Assembly: GCA_964016885.1 (NCBI GenBank)
Contig: OZ024746.1
Span: 49,476,001 to 49,540,000 of the forward strand
DNA from: Eledone cirrhosa
Lineage: Eukaryota
Length of the DNA stretch: 64,000 nucleotides
Direction of reading: 5' to 3'
In this document: positions 55,765-64,000 of the stretch, piece by piece
Position numbering within the stretch: position 1 is the stretch's first letter
Layout: each line of letters opens with the position of its first letter
Made by a program: the position numbers and the translations under genes
The notes under the pieces: generated by a model
The model's database searches: none
The model's input: only the letters and a program-made list of their open reading frames with translations
Told to the model about the DNA's origin: nothing

Positions 55765-56377
55765 ATATATTTATTGATAATAACAACAATTCAAAATTTC
55801 AGGTCCGTTTGGGAACAAAATTGACCAATGAAAATACAAAAGGTTTTATGCAGTTCGGTGTGTGTATATACATGTAACTACCCTTACACATATTTTACAA
55901 AAATGTATGCTCAACTTGTATACGCATACCAAAAGGATGGATGCAAATACAAAATTTCAAGGTTAATGTCTCTGTAAGTTTATAATGCACAGATAAGATG
56001 CGTATAGACACATAAATATGAAATAAGTGTATACACATATTCTCATACTCACACATATCCGTACAATCACACACACACGCGCGTATATGCATAAACATAC
56101 ACATAACTACGAACATACAAACACACACACACCCCCACTCACATATATATATGTGGATATAATATCATAAGCACATGGATATTAATTCACTCACATAAAC
56201 ACTGCCACACACATTTAGATCAAGATACAGAAATTAGGTGGGAGGGGGGGAGAGGTCAGTATTCAACGGTTTGGGCAGACTGCTTATTATAGATGTATCT
56301 ATAAACTAAGAAAATAAAAAATAAAAATTAAAAAGGAAAGAAAAGAAAAAGAAAAAAGAAAAAAGAAATATATCAAG

Positions 56378-56473
<96 letters not shown>

Positions 56474-56586
56474 AACACATACATACATATACACACATCC
56501 ACACTTAGAACATACATACACACACATATATAAACATATACATATACACACATACACACATATATACACACATACATATAAATATA

Positions 56587-56620
<34 letters not shown>

Positions 56621-56909
56621 CACACACATATATACATATATAATCACACATACTATATAGACACACATATATATATACACATACACGCACATATACATAC
56701 ACATACATACTTATATACATACAGATATACACATACATACCTATATATACACACAAATACATACATACATACATACATACATACACACAAATACTTACGC
56801 ATCCATATATCGGTATATACATACAAACACCACTACACTCTCACACAACTCAGACATACAAAGAAAAAGGTATATACCTATACACATATACATATACAAA
56901 TAGAGATAC

Positions 56910-56941
<32 letters not shown>

Positions 56942-57154
56942 ATATATATATATATATATACATACACATATACACACACATACATACATACACATACATA
57001 CATGTACACACACATACATATACATACATACACACATACACACATACATATATAGTCATACACACACATACACCTACACGAACATACACATACACATATA
57101 TAAAGATATATATACACACACACACATACACACACACACATATATATAAAATAA

Positions 57155-57217
<63 letters not shown>

Positions 57218-57782
57218 CATATACATACACACATACATAGACATATATGTACATACATACACATACATACATACATACACACACATATATACATATATAT
57301 ACACACACAGACACATACATACATACACACACAACATACATACACACACATATATACTCATACATAGAATTAGATATATATTCATACATGCATACGCACT
57401 TACATATACTCATATATACAAATACATACGCATCCATATATGCGTATATACATACAAACACCACTACACCCTCACACAACTCAGACATACAAAGAAAAAG
57501 GCATATACATATACATATATACACGCATTAATAGAGATATATATACACATATATATATATATATATACACATACACTTATATATATACACCCACACACAC
57601 ATACAACCATAAACACACATACAAACACCCACATACACATATATATACACATACATATATATACACACACACAAAAAACAGACATACACATATATATTTT
57701 TTTACACATATATATACACATATATATACATATACACACCCTCACATATACACACATACACATAAGTTATATTATAATAATA

Positions 57783-57820
<38 letters not shown>

Positions 57821-58060
57821 TCGAATATAGACATATATACACACATAGATATATATATATATGTACATATACACACACACACACACACACTCACATATAT
57901 ATGTGCGCACACGCACATATATACACATACACACATATACACGTAAACACATACATGTGCATACATGCACACACACACATATACCCACATAGATACGAAG
58001 ATAGACATATAAATAGAGAGACATACATATATATACACACACATATATACATACATACAT

Positions 58061-58099
<39 letters not shown>

Positions 58100-58929
58100 C
58101 ACACATACACGCCCACACACATATACACATATACACATATATATACATACACACATACACATACACATATATATACACACATGCATATATACACACATAT
58201 ATATACATACACACATATATATACACACAATCTTACATTCTTATTTGCATGCGCATATATGTATTTTTATATTCAGATATAAATACCCAAACATATATAC
58301 ACCTACCTACATATATATTCATACATACACGCTTACAAACACAGATGATAATAGTATGGGGGAAAGGGGGGGTTGGAGAAGGGGATTATAGTAAATATAT
58401 GTTTCAAGAAACATAGAATATTATCTGTATCTGGATCCAATGTATGTTTTTACATAGTTTCAGTGTTAGGAAATACAAGAAATAAGGCAAAATTTATGCA
58501 TCTCAAAATAAATAAGTATACCATTAATTATATGTTAACTAAACTAAAGATAGTTAACATATTAATTTCTAAGGTGTAAATTAGTTAGGTTTATAATATT
58601 TGAAGCAGAATTTTGAAGTTAAATAGTAGTAGAGTATTAATTATAGTATAACTAAATTAAAGTTAATAACGTTATGGTATCAATATTAGGAAATGAATTT
58701 AGTAATAGGGAAAAAACAAATAAAGTATTACATCGGTAGTAGAATATAAATTATAGGTTAACTAAATTAAAAATTATATATTAATTTCTATAGTATATGT
58801 TAATTAGGTATATAATAAATAAAACAGATATTGTATTTTATCAATAGCAGAATATAATTATATGCAAATAGAAATCAAAATTAATACATATACATATACA
58901 TATACATACACATATATATATATACACAT

Positions 58930-58972
<43 letters not shown>

Positions 58973-59461
58973 TACACATACATATACATACATACATATA
59001 CATATTTTTTTCAAAAATTGCAAAGAATTTATTAACTAGGTATATATCCAAAACACATCCCATTCTATGATTACATGACATTCTGCAATCCGTCTGTATA
59101 AGGATACTAATTTTAAGCCAATTAAATTAAATTTTTAGGTTGACTAAATTTAAAACCAAATTATAAATATATTTCTAAAATGTATATTAATTAGGTCTAT
59201 AATACTAAAAATTATTTCTCTGTCATTGGATACACGATATTTTGTTATATTTTATCTGTAAAGGAATTTTAATAAAAGGTTTAAATAAATTAAAATTAAT
59301 CTATAAATTAAATTACTAAGTATATATTAGTAATATTTAAAGGTTTTTCACAATTTATGATTACACAATATTTTATATTCTCATCTGTAATAGAATTTTA
59401 ATTAAATTAAATTTATAGGTTAACTAACATTTAAATTAAATTAATTTCTAAAATAATGTTA

Positions 59462-61924
59462 TTAATTAGGTTTATAATATTTAAATGTTTTTTTTAGTTT
59501 ATGATTACACGATATAATTAATTCCTGTCGTTTATTTAATAGGATATCCTTAGATTTCATTATTTCAAATAGTTCTTGGGAACATAATCTACATTCATTT
59601 CTATTATTTTGATAAGGGGTGGCTCTTTTGAGCACACTCCAGGTCAAATCATATTCTATATTCTTATTTTTATAACTATTGATTTTTTCTGCTAGAGATG
59701 TTGTATTAGCCAGTGCGGCATTTTTAAAACTATGCTTGTGGGTATTAAACCTTGTCTTAAAATTGTTAGAGGTAGCTCCTATATATGAGCAAATAGAATC
59801 TTTAGTTTTAACATTACATTTATAGACTATGTTGTTAACAAGACAATTCCCTTTTAATGGGCAGTTTGCTTTGTTTCTACAGTTACAACCTTTCGTTAAT
59901 TCTGTATTTGAGGAGATATTATGGTTAATTTGATGTACTGGTGGTATACTTATGGTTTTCTTACATTTATATGCATTATAGGCACTTATATTTTGTTTTA
60001 TGTTATTTGTTGTAGAGTATGAGAATTTAACTGTAGACCTATTTAAGATTTGATGGTATTTGTGGTTTGGCGGGAAGTTTTTCTCTAGGATATAAAAAAA
60101 TTTTTTAGCAATATTATCCTTAATTTGTAAATTAAATGGAGCATTATACCAAGTAACCCGTCTATTACGGTTTCTATGTTGTTTATTATTTTTATTATTT
60201 TTATAGGTTGTATCGTGATGTTTACTAGGAGGATTAATGTTAATGATCTCACCACAACCATTTTTAGTTATATTTGTAGATTTAGGTGTTTTATCCTTTT
60301 TATTAGGAGTTTTATTATTAATATTTATTAGAGTTGTATGATGAGTAGTTTTTTGAGAGTTACTATATTTTATATTAGAAGATTTGGTATTTTGGGGTAT
60401 AGTGTGGGTGGCATTTAGGTGTGTACTTTTCATTTGGTGTTTGTTGGTAATATTAGGTTGTATGCTTTCAGTATTTTTAGTAGAAGGTATATATTCTAAT
60501 CTATTTTTGTGGCCACTTCTATCTAGAGCTTCGTTATAGAAGGTCGCATTTTTATCAAATACATCTTGGTTAGAAGAAAGGTTAGAAATTCTAAGTGATA
60601 TATTATATGCAAGGTTTTTAAGGATAGATTTAGGGTGATTAGATTGTGAGTGTATGTAATGTAAGTTTTGGTTTGGTTTATGGTAAGGTTGGTAGATACC
60701 CGTAGCTAAATCTAAAGTTATATCTAGGAAATTTACTACTTTACTTGTTTTTTCAAAAGTAATATGAAGATTATAATAGTCTTTAAGGAAAGTTCTAATA
60801 TGTTTTTTGTTTTTTTCAATTTCTGAAAGGCTAAGGTTGTTAGAAAGAAGAAGACAGTCATCACGATATAAACCACCTTTGAGGTGGGGAAAGGAGGCAT
60901 TTATGTTGAAAAGGAGAAAGAGGCCCACAAGATCAGTAATTTGGGCGGAATCGCTTGAACCCATAGTAATATCAAATAGATTACTATATGTGTTTCTGGT
61001 CCAGTATTCATTCTGAAATTCAATAAGTGTTAGTCTAGCATGTGTAATAATATTAATGTCATCCAAAGTTAAGTTAGATCTATTTTTAGCAAATATCAAT
61101 GCTTTGTTCAGGAGTATAGGTGATATAGAAGAATAGTAATTATCTATATCAAATTGTAGAAATGAAGCAGAAGATTTACATCTAATATTTTTAAACCAGT
61201 TAATTACCTGGGAGGTGTTTTCCCAGAGTGGTAAAATAACGTGTTTTCTTATTTGTGGGATGACTCTATCCAAAATTTTTTTGCTAATTATTCCAATATC
61301 TGATTTGGAGGGACATATAAGTCTAATAGAAGGATTTGAGTTAAAGTTTGATTTATGATCCTTCAGGTTGAAGTGTGGTCTTTTCAATGCCAAAGGTTCA
61401 GTTCTATCTTCAATGTTTAGTTTTTTTACTATGTTGTGTGTTTTGTTGTTGATGTTGGTGAGTGACGCATTATTAGATTTTTTATAATTTTTTCTGAGTT
61501 CTTTATATATGAACTCATTATAATGTTCAATATCCATATGATACAAGTTACCAGTTTTGTCCGAGTGGACATGGATTTTTTTAGACTTTTTTAGGTCCAA
61601 TAGGGTAGAATCAAGGTCCTTTTGAAAGACGGATTTATACTTTTTAAATTTGAGGTGTTTAATTAAATTAAAAAGGTCTTTCTCGAAGTCTTCAAGTAAA
61701 AAGTTGTGTGGTGGATTCTTGTAAGTATTGAAATCATACATATATTTCCGATCTGCTTGTTTAGATTTTTTATCGAAGTGGTAGGCTCTCCATCTAACCC
61801 TTCTGATAAAATTATTAGTTTTTTGAATCATAAGGAGTAAGAAGTCATCCTTAGAAGGTATTGGTATGTTTTTTAAAGAGGTTCCCAAATATTGTTTTTC
61901 CATTGTGATATGGATGATGGACAA
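59462..61924 (-). CDS. PLE RT + GIY-YIG polyprotein, second intact copy; first ATG at 61903
   Basis: Same 820 aa as copy 1; the only difference seen is TTNSIKQ vs TTNNIKQ. Confidence 0.95.
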   Translation of the reverse strand: MSIIHITMEKQYLGTSLKNIPIPSKDDFLLLMIQKTNNFIRRVRWRAYHFDKKSKQADRKYMYDFNTYKNPPHNFLLEDFEKDLFNLIKHLKFKKYKSVFQKDLDSTLLDLKKSKKIHVHSDKTGNLYHMDIEHYNEFIYKELRKNYKKSNNASLTNINNKTHNIVKKLNIEDRTEPLALKRPHFNLKDHKSNFNSNPSIRLICPSKSDIGIISKKILDRVIPQIRKHVILPLWENTSQVINWFKNIRCKSSASFLQFDIDNYYSSISPILLNKALIFAKNRSNLTLDDINIITHARLTLIEFQNEYWTRNTYSNLFDITMGSSDSAQITDLVGLFLLFNINASFPHLKGGLYRDDCLLLSNNLSLSEIEKNKKHIRTFLKDYYNLHITFEKTSKVVNFLDITLDLATGIYQPYHKPNQNLHYIHSQSNHPKSILKNLAYNISLRISNLSSNQDVFDKNATFYNEALDRSGHKNRLEYIPSTKNTESIQPNITNKHQMKSTHLNATHTIPQNTKSSNIKYSNSQKTTHHTTLININNKTPNKKDKTPKSTNITKNGCGEIININPPSKHHDTTYKNNKNNKQHRNRNRRVTWYNAPFNLQIKDNIAKKFFYILEKNFPPNHKYHQILNRSTVKFSYSTTNNIKQNISAYNAYKCKKTISIPPVHQINHNISSNTELTKGCNCRNKANCPLKGNCLVNNIVYKCNVKTKDSICSYIGATSNNFKTRFNTHKHSFKNAALANTTSLAEKINSYKNKNIEYDLTWSVLKRATPYQNNRNECRLCSQELFEIMKSKDILLNKRQELIISCNHKLKKTFKYYKPN

Positions 61925-62253
61925 TTGAAAGAGCTCAACTAAATGTATATGGGTTTATAAAATCATACATATATATGTATATACATAAATATAAAATTAA
62001 TACACACATACAGTACAAAAATACGAATATTTCCGTGAAAATAGGAGCAAAATTATGTAGATAAATCTACCAAGAGTTTACGGTAGTGTCCAATCCGTAT
62101 GAAGAACTCAATGTATTCCGGATATCATGGAAAGAAGAGATGTAATGAAAAATCACTTTCGGTGAAAGATAAACGGTATACAGAGTCAAGATAAATTATT
62201 AAACAAATAATGAATAAAACAATGAAACAGTTCCTTATATTAAACAAAAAAAG

Positions 62254-62407
62254 TTCATTATTTAACGATCGTTTCTAGGATATATATGTGTTAGAATTGG
62301 CATGCATATTCAACAGATCTATGTACAAAATTATACAAAATTATACAAACTATCAAGATTAAATATACATACCAACACATATATACGCCGTCTTCAGAAA
62401 TAATGAA
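62254..62407 (-). ncRNA. Type-I hammerhead ribozyme (PLE pLTR, copy 3)
   Basis: Matches 48951-49104. Confidence 0.85.
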
Positions 62408-63020
62408 ATGTATTTATTGATAATAACAACAATTCAAAATTTCAGGTCCGTTTGGGAACAAAATTGACCAATGAAAATACAAAAGGTTTTATGCAGTTCG
62501 GTGTGTGTATATACATGTAACTACCCTTACACATATTTTACAAAAATGTATGCTCAACTTGTATACGCATACCAAAAGGATGGATGCAAATACAAAATTT
62601 CAAGGTTAATGTCTCTGTAAGTTTATAATGCACAGATAAGATGCGTATAGACACATAAATATGAAATAAGTGTATACACATATTCTCATACTCACACATA
62701 TCCGTACAATCACACACACACGCGCGTATATGCATAAACATACACATAACTACGAACATACAAACACACACACACCCCCACTCACATATATATATGTGGA
62801 TATAATATCATAAGCACATGGATATTAATTCACTCACATAAACACTGCCACACACATTTAGATCAAGATACAGAAATTAGGTGGGAGGGGGGGAGAGGTC
62901 AGTATTCAACGGTTTGGGCAGACTGCTTATTATAGATGTATCTATAAACTAAGAAAATAAAAAATAAAAATTAAAAAGGAAAGAAAAGAAAAAGAAAAAA
63001 GAAAAAAGAAATATATCAAG

Positions 63021-63112
<92 letters not shown>

Positions 63113-63225
63113 AACACATACATACATATACACACATTCACACTTAGAACATACATACACACACATATATAAACATATACATATACACACATACACACAT
63201 ATATACACACATACATATAAATATA

Positions 63226-63259
<34 letters not shown>

Positions 63260-63552
63260 CACACACATATATACACATATAATCACACATTCTATATAGA
63301 CACACATATATATATACACATACACGCACATATACATACACATACATACTTATATACATACAGATATACACATACATACCTATATATACACACAAATACA
63401 TACATACATACATACATACATACATACACACCAATACTTACGCATCCATATATCGGTATATACATACAAACACCACTACACTCTCACACAACTCAGACAT
63501 ACAAAGAAAAAGGTATATACCTATACACATATACATATACAAATAGAGATAC

Positions 63553-63615
<63 letters not shown>

Positions 63616-63805
63616 CACATATACACACACATACATACATACACATACATACATGTACACACACATACATATACATACATACACACATACACACATACAT
63701 ATATAGTCATACACACACATACACCTACACGAACATACACATACACATATATAAAGATATATATACACACACACACATACACACACACACATATATATAA
63801 AATAA

Positions 63806-63846
<41 letters not shown>

Positions 63847-64000
63847 CATATACATACACACATACATAGACATATATGTACATACATACACATACATACA
63901 TACATACACACACATATATACATATATATACACACACAGACACATACATACATACACACACAACATACATACACACACATATATACTCATACATAGAATT

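Overview
AT-rich, microsatellite-dense animal genomic DNA; the SINE families and repeat landscape suggest an octopus/cephalopod (inference). No host exon could be supported, and almost all ORF-track entries are translations of (TA)n/(CA)n/(GA)n repeats. The window is mostly retroelements. (i) A head-to-tail array of a ~6.64-kb Penelope-like element (PLE, Nematis-like) at 48891-64000, with two intact, almost identical 820-aa RT+GIY-YIG ORFs. (ii) A 5'-truncated Neptune-like PLE at 25774-28495 and a truncated PLE with an inverted pLTR at 14764-16339. (iii) An internally deleted Tx1-like LINE sitting in a (GATA)n tract at 33262-37370. (iv) A deleted mariner, hAT-like and Tc1-like MITEs, and about 16 tRNA-derived SINE copies. 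The main hidden signal is roughly 19 type-I hammerhead ribozyme (HHR) motifs, read by eye, in about 9 unrelated sequence families. Most have a short palindromic helix III, and many lie in fold-back or tandem units flanked by (TA)n. They include a non-coding ~528-bp HHR tandem unit (retrozyme-like) present as two subfamilies with a compensatory helix II change. All RNA folds are manual and untested, and coordinates of degenerate repeats are approximate.
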